This document shows, in pieces, positions 12,997 to 25,689 of a DNA stretch of 64,000 nt (the first letter of the stretch is position 1; each line of letters opens with the position of its first letter). The notes beneath the pieces are model-generated. The model saw only the letters and a list, made by a program, of their open reading frames with translations, did no database searches and was not told the DNA's origin. The translations under genes and the position numbers were made by a program. The stretch is from Vitrella brassicaformis CCMP3155 (lineage: Eukaryota; Protista; Chromerida). The DNA lies in NCBI GenBank assembly GCA_001179505.1, contig CDMY01000954.1, forward strand, positions 169,605-233,604, given 5' to 3'.

Positions 12997-13640
12997 TTAA
13001 GGGGCTAGGTAGCTAGATGACTGTCCAGCCGCGAATGACTGCAGCTGTGCGCATGGGCGTGCCCGCCTGGACGCTTTGGTCTGCAGTCGGTCTCCCTTTC
13101 TTCCATCTTTCCTCAGCCATCGACCACTCCTGCAGTACATATGTAAGTGGAGAGCCAGCAATGTCAATATGTACTCCCTGAGATCGTATATATTTTCGCC
13201 CATTTCCGTGACCGCTGCGTCTCTATCGGTGTCTTTCGCATTGTGGTTCCTTGCAGTGAATACCGGTTTCCGAAGTTGTCTGCACACTCGGGGGAATCTC
13301 TTTCTCAGCCATCGGCAGGGCATCAAGGAGGCCAGCGGTGTTGTGGAAGTGGATGAGATGGATCGGTCGGGTAGAGTGGTGAGCGACACCTCATCCTTCG
13401 AGGGCCTGTAGGGAGGAAACAGTGCAAGACGGTGAGGCTCTTGTCTCAAATGGTCCTTCCAGTCTTACTTGAGCCACATGGCAAACAGAATCTGCGAGAG
13501 AGGGAATTCAAAGATCATTTTCACGCACCCTTGCGCCGTCTAAGCTCGCGCGGCGGCCGGCGATCGCAACTCCCCCTATCTCTCTCAACTCACTGGCCAT
13601 GGATGTACGCATCCTTCCCGCTTCATCGGCTGCCAGGCAA
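12997..13640 (-). CDS. Possible small multi-exon hypothetical protein
   Basis: On the minus strand, two plausible introns (gtgagt..ctcgcag and gtaaga..cctacag) join ...VHPWP|ILFAMWLK|PSKDEVSL...EMGENIYDLREYILTLLALHLHMY in frame. No start codon or family identified. Confidence 0.3.
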
Positions 13641-13660
13641 CCTGAGCGGAGGAGTCAAGG

Positions 13661-14153
13661 ATGAGAATTCTGTCAAGGGAGCGTGTTCTGGGGTGCGTGA
13701 TCCTGTTGAGCCTCATGAGGAGGGCCGTCGTTGTCAGCGCCGGTGGATCGGCGCCGCCCGCGGCCACCGCAGCGACAGATGACGACGCGCCAAACAGACG
13801 GGTCAGTCAGCACAAACACGGGAATATGGAAAGCCACGCACGGCCTCATTGTCTGTCTGTCGTGCTTGTCTGTGTGCGTCTGTTGGTAACAGATCCGCGG
13901 CCAGTTGAGGTCTGCTGCGGGTGCGGACGACCCCTCCGACTCATCGGGCAGGAAGCGAGACTTGTTCACAGACGACTATGGGTTTGATGATGACGAGTTT
14001 GATGATGATGATGATGACGATGATGATGACGAATACACGGACGACCGCGGAACACGGCGGGAGGGAATCGGCGGGGGGCGTGACAGGCGGCTGTCGCCAT
14101 TCGGGGGCGACGACACTTTCGACAGAGCCGAGTACGCCCGACGGCCCGTTTGA
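13661..14153 (+). CDS. Small secreted-type protein with a poly-Asp tract (2 exons, about 134 aa)
   Basis: MRILSRERVLGCVILLSLMRRAVVVSA signal-like N-terminus. Intron 13801-13891 (gtcagt..aacag) keeps frame into IRGQLRSAAGADDPSDSSGRKRDLFTDDYGFDDDEFDDDDDDDDDDEY...RRPV*. Confidence 0.65.
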
Positions 14154-15127
14154 TGATGGCAGACCGCGTCGCCGTCGCAATGAGCCCTACAGGGCCGTGA
14201 CAGCGACGGCGACGGCAGTGCAGGTGTTGGTCGAGTTTCGTTTCTTGTGTTCGTACTCTCGAGACTCGGGCGGGTGTGTGTGTTGTTTGCCCGACGATGC
14301 ACTTTTTATTGCATGCCATTGATGCACTCTCTCGCTCACTCACTCACGTGTTCATCGACTGACTCATCCTTTCAATTGCTCGTCTCTCCGCCTGTGTATT
14401 TTTCCGCCTGTTCATACGCGTGTCGCGGCCGGGTCAGTCTCTCTCTCTCTCTCCCCCTCTCTGTGTATGTCCATCTCTATCTCTGTGTATCTCTGTCTGT
14501 GTGTCTCCCTCTTTTCCCTCTTTCTGGTTTCTGACTGACTCTGCGGATGCAGCTGTGTTGTGCAGGCCTGTCTTGCCTCCTTCCTTCCGTGAGTGTGGGA
14601 GTTGATTGATTCGACCTGTCCGTATCGTGGTGCGGTGCGGTGCGCTATCTCGCTGGGTACATGTACATAAGATACACACATATACAGCCGGGGTAGGTGA
14701 GAGCTGCAGTCATGGGTGGGTGGGCTGGTGTGTAGTGGTCGCTACGGCCTCGGTGGGTGGTTGGATGTGTGACTTCACAGGAGAGTTTGTTGTCTTGGTG
14801 ACACTACGGCCCCTGTTTTGTCCTTTCACACTACTGCAGTCAGTAGTGTTGTCTGTCTTTCCGCCTTGCATGTGGTGGTGGACAAACCCACCACTGCTCG
14901 ACGCCTCTCGCTCAGTGTGAGTCTGTGATGTGTGTAACTGTCATGTATCACGACCGTGATAGCATCAGCTTCACACCGACACTCAGACACTCCATTCAAT
15001 CAATGCACCATGGTTCGTCCGTCCACACGTGTCTCCAAGCAGATACTGCAGCTGGCTCATATCTCATCCCTTCATCGCCCACACCACCCAGCCGCCGCCG
15101 CCGCTCGTCACCGGCTGATCATGGCAA

Positions 15128-15438
15128 TCACTCTTCGCCCTTGGAGAAGATCCAGGCCCACCTCGCCTGAACCACCGACCACACACACGCACAGACGCAC
15201 GATATCGATGCCTGCCTGACGCCTTCCTTGCTTGCTTCCGTGTTTCTCTCACCCGTTCGTCGATTCTGACTTTGCCCTCGTCCTGCAGGCTCTCCAGACA
15301 CGCAAGGATCTCTCGGTCGCGCAGGTTGGTCGCCTCACGCTTCCTGTTGACCAGATACCTCACGTCAACGAGCTTGAGAGGCACACCACGGGCAACATCC
15401 CGCATGGTCTCTGCGATTCTCTCACGGCGCGCTTCCAT
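15128..15438 (-). CDS. 74-aa stand-alone winged-helix protein resembling the MCM3 C-terminal WH domain
   Basis: Exon 1 15438-15253 (62 codons) and exon 2 15166-15128, joined by a canonical gtgaga..ttcag intron. Product MEARRERIAETMRDVARGVPLKLVDVRYLVNRKREATNLRDREILACLESLQDEGKVRIDERARWAWIFSKGEE. The xNR...EIxAxLxx[LM]QDxxxV pattern matches my recollection of MCM3 C-termini. Confidence 0.65.
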
Positions 15439-15663
15439 GGTGCTTGCTGACGGTGGACAAGCCAAGCAGCTTGGTTGGCCAGAGAGAGCGGTCCCACCTT
15501 GAGAGCTTCTATGGCGAGCTTGAAGCCGATCCCCGTGAACCCTAACCCTACAGAACTGCCAGCGAACTTGAAGGCCTGACTTGAACTTTGTTGAAACAAT
15601 TCGGGCTGCACCAGCAACAATGCCCGGAGGGGACGAGATGAACGGTAGGAGGCGCCATCCACC

Positions 15664-17383
15664 ATGGGCCTGCCATGCCATGCAAGCACACGTGTCCTGT
15701 ACTGCTGCGCATCAGGCCACGGGTCAGGCCACACAGTCAACATCGAGCTGGGCGAAACATCCGTCGACGAGAAGTCACCGAACGATGACGGCATCCACCC
15801 GTCCGTGTTCGGCAAATCGACGCTGTCAGTGCCAACGACCAAGGAGCCGGGCGACAGTGAGGGGGATCTGCAGTCCGAGTTCTCGACTATATCGCTCAAC
15901 TCGGGCATCCCGCAGGGCGCCGAGGGGGATTATGACCTGCCGATGAGCGATGAGGAGCACAAGAAGATCGAGCTGGCGAGATGGGTCTCGTATGTGTCCA
16001 TCTTCCTCTCGCTCCTGCTGGGGTCGCTGGCCATCGGATACGGGAGCAAGTGAGCGAACAGGACCACGAGCATGAATGGGTGGCGGATATTGGATTGTTG
16101 ATGTGTGGGTGGGTGGGTGGGTGNNNNNNNNNNNNNNNNNNNNNNNNNNNNNNNNNNNNNNNNNNNNNNNNNNNNNNNNNNNNNNNNNNNNNNNNNNNNN
16201 NNNNNNNNNNNNNNNNNNNNNNNNNNNNNNNNNNNNNNNNNNNNNNNNNNNNNNNNNNNNNNNNNNNNNNNNNNNNNNNNNNNNNNNNNNNNNNNNNNNN
16301 NNNNNNNNNNNNNNNNNNNNNNNNNNNNNNNNNNNNNNNNNNNNNNNNNNNNNNNNNNNNNNNNNNNNNNNNNNNNNNNNNNNNNNNNNNNNNNNNNNNN
16401 NNNNNNNNNNNNNNNNNNNNNNNTCAGGTACGGCGGGCTGAGCATCGTTGCGCTTGGCTTGGAATTTTACATTGACTTGGTGTCGTCGGTGCTGGTACTC
16501 TGGCGTTTTAAAACGCCGAAACACAGGCACTTCCAGGACAGAGGTAGGTGACCATGCGAGCCGACGCCAGCAAGCAAGACACATGCCGCCTGCCTCCATT
16601 TGTGTGTATGCAGGCCAGGCTCTCGCGAAGAAGATGCAACGTGACGCCATCCGAGAGCGCAGCAGCTCATTCTGTAAGCACGCACTCTACTCACAAACAC
16701 AGGAGCACTCGTGAATCCGTCCTCTGCGGCTGGGCCGGCAGGGATTGGTGTGCTTTTTCTGCTGCTGGGTCTGTGGGTGGTGATTGAGGCGATCGTCAAG
16801 CTTCACGAGAACCTGAGTTGGAAGAAGCGGCAATTGATGGCCGAAGCGGCCGCTGGGGTGGCGTGGCCGAGTGCGGTGCTCTTCAGCGCCCTCGTCTGGT
16901 GGAAATTCAGACTCGCGGCAGCGCTGCACTCGCAAGTCATTCGGTGAGGGGGCAGAGTGCCGCGTGTGTTAGGTGTGATGAGTGGTGGATGGATGGGTCT
17001 CTCGGTCTGCCTGCCTGCCTGGGTGCCTGGGTGCAGGAAGGATGCCGTCTGTTCTCTCTTTGGCGTTGTCCTGTCACTTGTGGTCGGCATCGCTGCCCTG
17101 GTCGACATATATGGCTCACGACAGGTGGGTGCACACACACAGAGTACATCCACACGCCACTGAGCTCACCGACAGATATACCACGCCCAATGGCCCCTTT
17201 CTTTCTTTGTGTGTGACGTTTCAGCACAAGGGCAGCCATGGCGACATGGGGGGCGATGGGATCGCTGCCATTCTGCTGGCATTGTTCATTCTGGGGGAGG
17301 GCGGGCTCACTGTGTACAGGAACACATGCGGCTGGTGGGAGAGCAAGGAAGAGGGCGCCTTCTCACACCAGCAAATGGCGTGA
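15664..17383 (+). CDS. TMEM163-like cation diffusion facilitator (Zn transporter) family protein; interrupted by an assembly gap
   Basis: 6 TM segments: ARWVSYVSIFLSLLLG, LEFYIDLVSSVLVLWRF, GIGVLFLLLGLWVVIEAIVKL, SAVLFSALVWWKFRLAAALHSQVI-RKDAVCSLFG, GDGIAAILLALFIL. These parallel TMEM163 motifs DxxSSxxVLWR, KFxLxxxLxS, D..S and DG. Confidence 0.8.
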
Positions 17384-17882
17384 GCGGAGCGGAGGGGATG
17401 GGAGGGGGAGGTAATGGTGTCGTGTGAATGAATGGAAGGGCATATCCGGACAAACCGAGTGAGTTGGTGTGCATCGACTTTTTAGTCGACATGTCGTGTT
17501 ATTGTTGCTATCGATTTTGCGCTTTTGATTGAGCGGTTCAAAAGGTACATGTACAGTGATCCACTTATCTGACTGACTGACAGGTGTGCATGGCTGATGT
17601 GATGTGTATCTCTCGGCTATCGTTGCTAATTAGTGGTCAGTTGCTCTCACGGCTCATTTGTCGACGGTGTGCGAAATCGCGGCTCAACATTTCTCTCGGC
17701 GGGAATTAATCATCACGTTGCTGTGTGCCGGTGGGGTGAGTTGGTCAGTCTAACTTACCCAGACGGTGCTTGAGTTAATTACACATTGTCCCTCAACCAT
17801 TGTGTCTCTCACACGCACCGCAGTCAGTCACCCATTGCGCGTCATGTCTCTTCACGGACAGAACTGTCTGACTGCGTCACTG

Positions 17883-19620
17883 TCACTTGCCCATGAGCGC
17901 ACTGAGGAGGAAGTTGCCCATCGTGCCGCTGTGCTGTGCCGTCATGGTGCGGTTGATGGGGCCGTCGGGCAAATCGACAGAGGGAGGCCTCTTTGGCTGG
18001 CCCGCTGACACGGCGGGCGGCGCTTCTGATCAATGGATTACACAGACAGAGACGCCATGTGTTGAGGCATTGTGCATTCAATTTGTCGGATGGACTGTCT
18101 GGTCATCGACCTGTTTGTGCGGGTGTGGGTGTCGTCATTTGTGGAGCCAGTTGCCGCTCAGCAAGAACGCCCACCACCTCGTCCACGCACAAATACTCAA
18201 CTGATCAGCACACACACACATTGTGAAGGAAGGAGCGGTTTGCCGGCCGACCTTGGCAGGTCTCTGCGAAGGCCTTGCGCATGGCTGGCGTGTAAGTGGC
18301 GTTGCCCAGGTAGACGCTGCGCGCACACGGCCCCGTGTAGCTTTTCGGTGCATTACACACGCCTGTGTAGGTGCCAGAGTGCCGCTGCTCCGTCCAGCCT
18401 GACACACGCACGCACATATTAGCATCTGTGTCATCTCTCCCTCTGTGTCATCTTACCCTTTGGGCATGTCCATCTCGCGTATTCTCTGATGCATCCCTCG
18501 GCGCACGGCCAGTCGACATCGTGGTCCAGCGCAAATGCCTTCTTCCTCTCCACAGTGAAGCCCTCAAAGGACACGGCAGACAGGTGGTCACCTTGCGAGG
18601 CCGGCGGCTCACACACACTGCCGCCCTGCGCCGACAGCGGAAGCCTGACAGACAGACAGACAGACAGGTGTGTATCTGTGTGTGTGAGCTGATATCACGT
18701 ACCATCCCGCTGGACACGTTTGGGTGAAGTCGATGACACATCGCGGCTGCACGCACGGCCATTGGACTCGGCAGTGTGCCGCAAAGTTCTTGCGGGCGGC
18801 CGTGTCGAGGGCTCCGAGTGACTGCCGAGGGAGGCACGGGCCATTGTATGTCTCGGATGCCTCACACGTGTGTGTGTCGGCGAGCAGCTGCCACTCGAGG
18901 GGGCACTCAGAGGTCATGTAGTCGCGCCGACACGTCTCTCTGCATCGCCATGTGGCTCCGCACTCCACCTCCCATCGCACCTTCTGCTCATCCGTCATCA
19001 CGCCTAATGACAGACACACAGAACAGAGAGTTCGATCGTATGAGAGCATCTTGTCTCTCTTTACTGCTGCCTTACCGAATGTGTGCAGCCGTCCGCACCG
19101 TCCGCTGTACGTGAGCGGCGCGCGGCAGAGGTGGCCGCGGCCGCCAGACACATCGACCCAACCTATGAGACACGCACACACACACAGACAGACCTCCATG
19201 GATCCATGTGTGTCCGTGTGTCAGACTGACCCTCGGGGCATCCTGCATAGTCGCGTGTGCACTCAATGGCTGTCGGCCAACGAACCAAGCATCGCTCCGC
19301 GAATGCCTTCTTGGCGTCAGGCGAGTAGTCAGTGAGTCGCTGGATGATGCCACAGAGGCCAGAATAACTCAGAGGAGCCACACAGCGGCCACGCAGCTCG
19401 GTCCATCCATCTGAATGCACACACAGTGATTGATTGATTGATTGTCTCTGTCTCTTGTTTCACCTGGGCACGTCTGAGCATTGTAGTTCTGCTGATTGTC
19501 TTGCAATTGCCCGGCCAGGCTGTGCAGTTTGATTGACGTGAGGGAGTGCGAACCAGATGCGTCGGACACGCCGACCAGCTGGACGGTCAGCAAGGCAACA
19601 CACAGAATGACAGACGTCAT
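17883..19620 (-). CDS. CPW-WPC domain family protein with signal peptide (about 6 repeats)
   Basis: MTSVILCVALLTVQLVGVSDA leader. Repeats of the form CP.GW..CxAPxxYSGxC..KKAFAxRCxVxWP, e.g. CPLEW...YNGPC...AAHCRVQWPC. C-terminus DLPDGPINRT...LMGK*. Confidence 0.9.
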
Positions 19621-19780
19621 GCCTGGCTGGCTGCCGGGTGTGTGTGTGTGACCGTTGTTCAGTCAGTCGATTGGTGAGTCAGTCACACCATACAAATCAA
19701 ACCACACAGCATATCTATACAGAAACATGATCATGACATACACTCTATATGATATCCGTCTGTACAGGAAGTCACTTCAC

Positions 19781-22700
19781 TCAGCTCATGGCTTGTTGCT
19801 GCTCGCCTCCCTTGACCTCATTGTTAATGGCTATGGCGGGCTCTAGCCTCGGGAACAGAGGCCGCGATGCCACGAAGGCGTCCTCGTCTTGAGGCACCGC
19901 AGAGTACTGAGGCAGTAGCTCACGGCCCACCCTGTCGGCGTACTTGGAAGCATACACTTCGCACGACAGCACGCGACGTTCCCTCCCGCCCCGGCCGATA
20001 TAAGTGTCCCAAAAGGACAACACGTCCCCAACCTTAAGCCCTCGCAGCATCTCTGCCTCTTCGAGCTGCCGCCCGAACCGGTAAGTGCCGATGTTGATCT
20101 CAGCCCAGTGCCGATAGACCTCTGCTGCGAGCTGCTGGTCCTTCCTCAGAATGCGGTCCCTCTCAGCCGCGATGGAGCCGTCCAGCTCCCTCTGTGTCAG
20201 CTTCGCCAGCCGAGTGCGTCGGAAGTCGTCGAGGAAGTCGGCTGCCCGAGCGACGAGGGTCTCCGGGTCAGCCACGCTCGACTGGATGACGAAGCGCAGA
20301 GAGGGGATGCCCGAGGTGAGCGAGAGGCCGCTACCCACTATGTACCCCAGCTGCTGCTTGGTCCTCAGCTCACTGTAGAAGGGCGACTCAAGCAGAGACC
20401 GCACCACTTGCGCCGTCAGCTTGTTCTTCATCTCTCTGTCGCCTATCTGGAACACGAGCGACGCGGCCGAGTTGGGGTTGGCGACATTCGGCTCCTGCCG
20501 CCGCAACACGAGGGCCTCTCCAAGAGATGACGGTGGGTCACTCAGTTTGTCGGTGGACGGCGTCCTGGGCAGCTCGACGACTCTGCGAGTGGGCCGCTGG
20601 TCAGGCGGCAGTGGCGTGAAGGGAAAGCTGTTCTCGACGGTCGCGACGAGCTTCTTTGCTTCCGACTGCTGTAGGTTGCCCTGGATGAGCGTCTCGCCGA
20701 AGCCGCCGCTTTCGAAGATGGTCGAGCTGAATCGCTGCAGGTCGGACAGAGTGAGCTTCTCCAGGGCCTGCCGGACTGCCTCCACAGACGGCGTGGGGAT
20801 CTCCGTCAGCCGACTGATGAAGTACCTGGTCAGGTCACACGACGCGACGCACACAACACGTGTGTGTGACTGGCAGGACATCGATCGATGTGGTTGTCCC
20901 TTCCTCACCTGGCATGCTCGTAGGGCTGCTGGTTGTCGAAGGCAGCGAACTCCCGGCGGGCGATGTCCTGAAATCGGCTGAATTTGTCCTCGTCCGTCGG
21001 CATGTGTGTGGCAATCCGACGGGACACCCTTTCGACGAAGTCCTGCAGCTTGTCATTGTACCCTCCGAAGGACAGCTGCAAACCCTGCACGTATGTATGT
21101 ATGCGCACGCAAAACACACCCAGAGGCGACACACGGTGAGAGAGGAGGTGAGTGACACGTCAGTGACGGTGTCGTGATCCCCCTTGCGCACCTTTGCGTT
21201 GAAGTCAACGCCGTAGCTGAGGCCCGCGAGGCCCGCGTCGTACGCGAATTCATTCAAATCGTCATTTACACTCAACTCGTAGAGCCGTGACAACACCTGC
21301 ACCAACACAACACACAGGCCATTTGGAGTGGCCGCCCTCTAGGCACACGCACCTGGTTCTCAGGCGAAACAAGCGGGGCGTTGGTGGACAGCGAGAAAAG
21401 CCCATACGCCTTGGGCGTGCCGAACTTCCTGTCGCCCTTGTAGAAGACGCGCCACGTTCCGTCATCCCTGATGATTTCGGGAGGGAGTGGCTGGCGGCCG
21501 GCGTCTGGGGTCTGGGAGAACTTGAGCGACACGTCAGAGGGGATGAACGGGTTGGCCGGGGGATAGGTGAGATCAGGTGGCGCCTTCTGCTGCGCCCATT
21601 CCTCAAGCGTGGTCTCGCGTATCAGCCGCTCTCGGTAGGGCGTCCCGTACCACTCCTCCGTCTTGTCTGTGGTCCCCTCGAAGTCCTTGGCGATGCATGT
21701 CACCAAGACACGCTGGTCGAACAAAATCAAACACAGCGCTGCCATAACTGGTATCCGGCTGCCCGTCTGTGTGTGTGTATGTGTGTTGGTTACCTGTGGA
21801 GTTAAATTTTGGATGAATTTGATTGTGAGCTGCTGCGGCATCATCCCGACGTCATCATCGCTCTCTGCTGGCTTGATGCTTCTACGAGTCGCCGCGCGAT
21901 CATCGCTGCAAGAAGAAAACAAAGAAAGGAATAAGCATGTGTGAGGATGAGCCGCCCGCATTATGTCTGTCGGTCTACAGGAAGAGTCGTTTGGTGCCGC
22001 TGAGGTAGACGAGGGGGTCCTTGACCACCTGTATCTCCGGAGCCAGCCGGACGGCGAGTGACTCGGGGCCCGACTTTTCCTGAAACTGCCAATTCAACTC
22101 TGTCCGCACACGAGAACACACAGCAAAGACAGACGACGGGTAAGCTGAAGATGGCTTTTTGAGAAGAGTGAAGGGTACCAGAGATGCGCTGGCAGTCGTC
22201 GAATATGTGCCGCGGCACGGACGAGTCCCTGAGCATGTTGATGTACGAGAAGACGCTCTTAGCGACCTCATCTCGCTGCTCAAAGCCCTTCTTGGTCAGA
22301 CTCACACGCACCTCAAACACCTGCCACCGACCACCCACCCATTCACACACATGTATCACACACAGCTGCAGACACGCGTTCTTGCTCGCCCACCGCTCAC
22401 CTCAAAGTCAGACGTGTCCTCTGCTGTGCTGCAGCCCAGGCCGGTCGCCAGCCCCTCTCGCTTCAGGTAAGACAGCAGCGACCCCTTTCCCTCATGGCCC
22501 AACATGTGACCCTGCAGCATACACAAATCCCACCAGCACGGCGCACCTTCTGCCCTGTGCCTAACGCACTCTCCGTGCGGTGCCTTCCCTCGCCGACCAC
22601 GTATGCGTCTGGCTTGATCAGCAGGTTTTGCAGCCGATCGCCTTCGTCCGAGTACGGGATGGCCCAGGCGAAATGCAATCGCCTCAGCTGCTGCACAGGC

Positions 22701-24285
22701 ACCACCTCCGTCAGCTGCGCCGCCCTGTCGCTCTCGTCCCGTTGATAGCCATCGCCAGCCAGCAGGGCAGGGGGGAATGGGGGCACCTTCCCCGCCCATG
22801 CCGCCTCGGGGGGCGGCCGTGCAGTGTTGCGGATGCCGGCGAACATCTGCTCTGACCATTTCTGCATGGTGCTGAGGGGTTCGGCCGACACGATGCAGAG
22901 CGTCATTGTGTTTGCGGAATAGTACTGCGAGTAGAAGTCTAGAAGAGCGTTGCGGACGTTGACGCCGTCGGCTTGTGGACGGTCGCGGAGGGTCAAGAGA
23001 TTTCCCGTGCCAAACCTGCAGAAACCACACAGGGGCGGCGTGGGGCTCGTCTTCTGCCAGGAGGTTGTGTTTCTGTGCAGGCGTGCCTGTGGAAAGGGTG
23101 GGACGGGTTGGCTCTGCTACGGAAGAGTTGCTGCAGCCGCCACTCGTCGCTCTGGAGGTTTTTGGAGTTCTCAGACTCGATTGCATTCACCTGTTGCATA
23201 CATGGCGGACACGTCCATGCGGGAACAAACCTGCCTATCTGGCCTCACCTCCCTGTTTGTCGCGGCCTCGGTGAATAGCGGCGCTATGAAGAACGACGAG
23301 AAGCGGTCCAGGGCCTCGCGCAGCTTCTTCTGATGACGCAAGCAGACAAAAGGCATTTCACTCAACACAGTGCTGGCAGATGGGCAGTGGCTGTATCATT
23401 CAGTAACCTGGTTGGCGATGTCGAAGAAGTAGCACGTGTCCTGGTTGTCGGTGAATGCGTTGGAGCTTCCGCCATTGGAACTCAGGAACGCCTCAAAAGA
23501 GCCCTCATCGGGGTACTTCTCAGTGCTATAGCACACACAGACACACACACACACACAAAATGGATCCATGAATCAAATCGATAGCCCGCCTTGCGTTTAC
23601 CCAAGGAAGAGCATGTGCTCGCAGAAGTGAGCCAGCCCAGGAAGGTTCTCTGGGTCTGAAAAATGACCCACATGCACCGCAAGAGCAGCAGCCGCCGAAT
23701 CGGCCTGACGGTTCATCACGCAGTTGCACACACCGAACGAAAGGCGAAGGAATGTGACGGCAGTGACCATGGAGGCTGACCTGTGGGTCCGTTGCGAGCA
23801 AGACCCTCAGGCCATTTGGAAGGGTCAGCGCCTTGTATTGTCGAACGTCACGAGGCGACTTCTGAATGGGACCTGTCACACATCACAGATACTCACACCC
23901 AAAGCATTGTGCTCGTCGTGTTTGGCTTACCGTTGTAGACCACCGTCCGCCCCTCGCCTGTTGCTGCTTCAGCATCGACTTCACCGAGCAAAGGAAAGCC
24001 ACTGGTCACTCCAGCCGCCGCCAGGAGCTGCGCAAGTGTCGACTGGATGGCCTTCCGACGTTCCTCCGCAGATGGATCCAAGACATGTGTTCCATCATCG
24101 CTGTGCAATGACGACCTCCCTGCTGCAAGCCGGTGGCCGGGGCGCCGCCGCGAAACCGCCTCTCGTCTGCCATCCTGCCGAGGCTGCAGAGGCCGCCGTA
24201 TGTGGGGATGTTGAAAGCAGCTGGTGAGGTAAATTATGTCTAGGATAAAGGAGCCGATGAATAAGGTGGCTCCAAACGAAGGCAT
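19781..24285 (-). CDS. M16A zinc metallopeptidase (insulinase/pitrilysin family) with a long N-terminal targeting leader
   Basis: YKALTLPNGLRVLL, DPENLPGLAHFCEHMLFLG (HXXEH), SEKYP...NGGSSNAFT, LDRFSSFFIAPLF, FGTGNLLTL, A.LAGLSY, FSGYNDKL-like and ELRTKQQLGYIV motifs across many exons. Confidence 0.95.
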
Positions 24286-24630
24286 CTGGCCACCAGCAGG
24301 ACCAGAGTCGCCCGTGTGTGCTAGATCTCCATCCACTGCCGAGGGGGGAGGGAATTCGTTACGTTGTGGTCAGATCAGTCGGTGTTCGATGAACGTCTGT
24401 AAGAACGGAGAGGGGACGATAGAAAGGTCAAGCGACGGACAGAAATGGCGCTTTTTCATCTGCGAGCTCAGATGGGCGGATCGCTGGGGGCGTCGACAGT
24501 TTGCAGAGAAGCGTAGTTTCTCCTTCGCCAGTGCGTTCCTCTGCTAGTGTTTGGCTGTTGCGGGCTTAAGCCACTCTATCGGCCCAACAGGAGGCTTACA
24601 GTACCCGGCCCACCATCGAGAGAAGGAAAG

Positions 24631-25144
24631 ATGATGTCGACGACCACGTACGGACAGCCCAAGGTGAGCTGCATTCATTTGCGTCACAGCGCTAGCACTT
24701 CACTGCACATCCATGGAACGTTATCCACCTCATCTGCAATGATGTTGGAACGAAAAATGCACACGCATGCACCACTCTCTTTGTGCTGTGGTTGAGTCAG
24801 GGGTTGTTTGAGACCGACAGCGAGACGGAGTGTCGAGCGGCACTGAGAGCGACACGGGGAGGGAGCTGGGCGATGGCATGCCTACGCTGAGCCGCCGCAA
24901 CACCGGGGGACTCCGGGGCGCAGTCTACCGACCCGCCCGCACCCCGCCCAGCGGCGACGACAATCGGACGGATGCAGGACCTGAGCGCGACGATGATGAG
25001 GAGCAGAGCACCGAAGCAGAAGCAGGCCGCATCAAGCAGCGAATGATGTTTCCGACTAGGGGACTGCCATGGATGGTGAAGGCGGTGCGCAAAGATAAGA
25101 AGGCCGTGAAGAAGGCCAAGTGGGGGCGTGCTCCATTTGTGTAA
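24631..25144 (+). CDS. Small hypothetical protein (about 119 aa, 2 exons)
   Basis: MMSTTTYGQPK| (donor gtgagc at 24663) can splice in frame to RDGVSSGTESDTG...RGLPWMVKAVRKDKKAVKKAKWGRAPFV*. The acceptor is weak. Confidence 0.35.
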
Positions 25145-25689
25145 ACAGCCAACCAAGAAGAGACGCGATGGGGCAAATATGCACGCGGGGCAAATGCATT
25201 GCGAGGCAGCAAGAGAGTGGATGTATGAGGATAATGGACCATCTGGCTTTCGCGTTGCCGCTGATCTGTTCAGACCTTTCATACAGCCAGCTAGCCACAC
25301 CAACACACATAAGGGGGAGCAAGGAGGACAGATACGTGGGTGAAGTTGCAAACGTGAAGTGAGAGAGAAATACCAACGGTGTTCACGCCATTCCTCGTGG
25401 AAAGAAACACATGTGTGTGATACATGTGAGGCCTCACACGCCTTTCTTTCTTTTTGTCTTTTTGCCACCAAGACAGATCGGCTTCATGAGTCGTTTCATG
25501 GTCCATGACAGCACTTTTTTTGTGTCAATCGACGTGAAACTTCAATGAGCGCGGTAAAACAGATATCGGACAAATACGTGAACTCAAACTTGTTACTCCT
25601 CGCCGAACAACAGCTGACTTCTCTTCACATGACTGAGAAATAGACAGGGCAAGCGTTAAAGGAATTCTTGTGTCTTTGCGTGAAGACAC

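Noticed and set aside
15515-15560. Telomere-like cctaaccct / agggttagggtt motif
   Set aside because: Only about 1.5 units in an intergenic region; too short to call a telomeric remnant or a functional telo-box.
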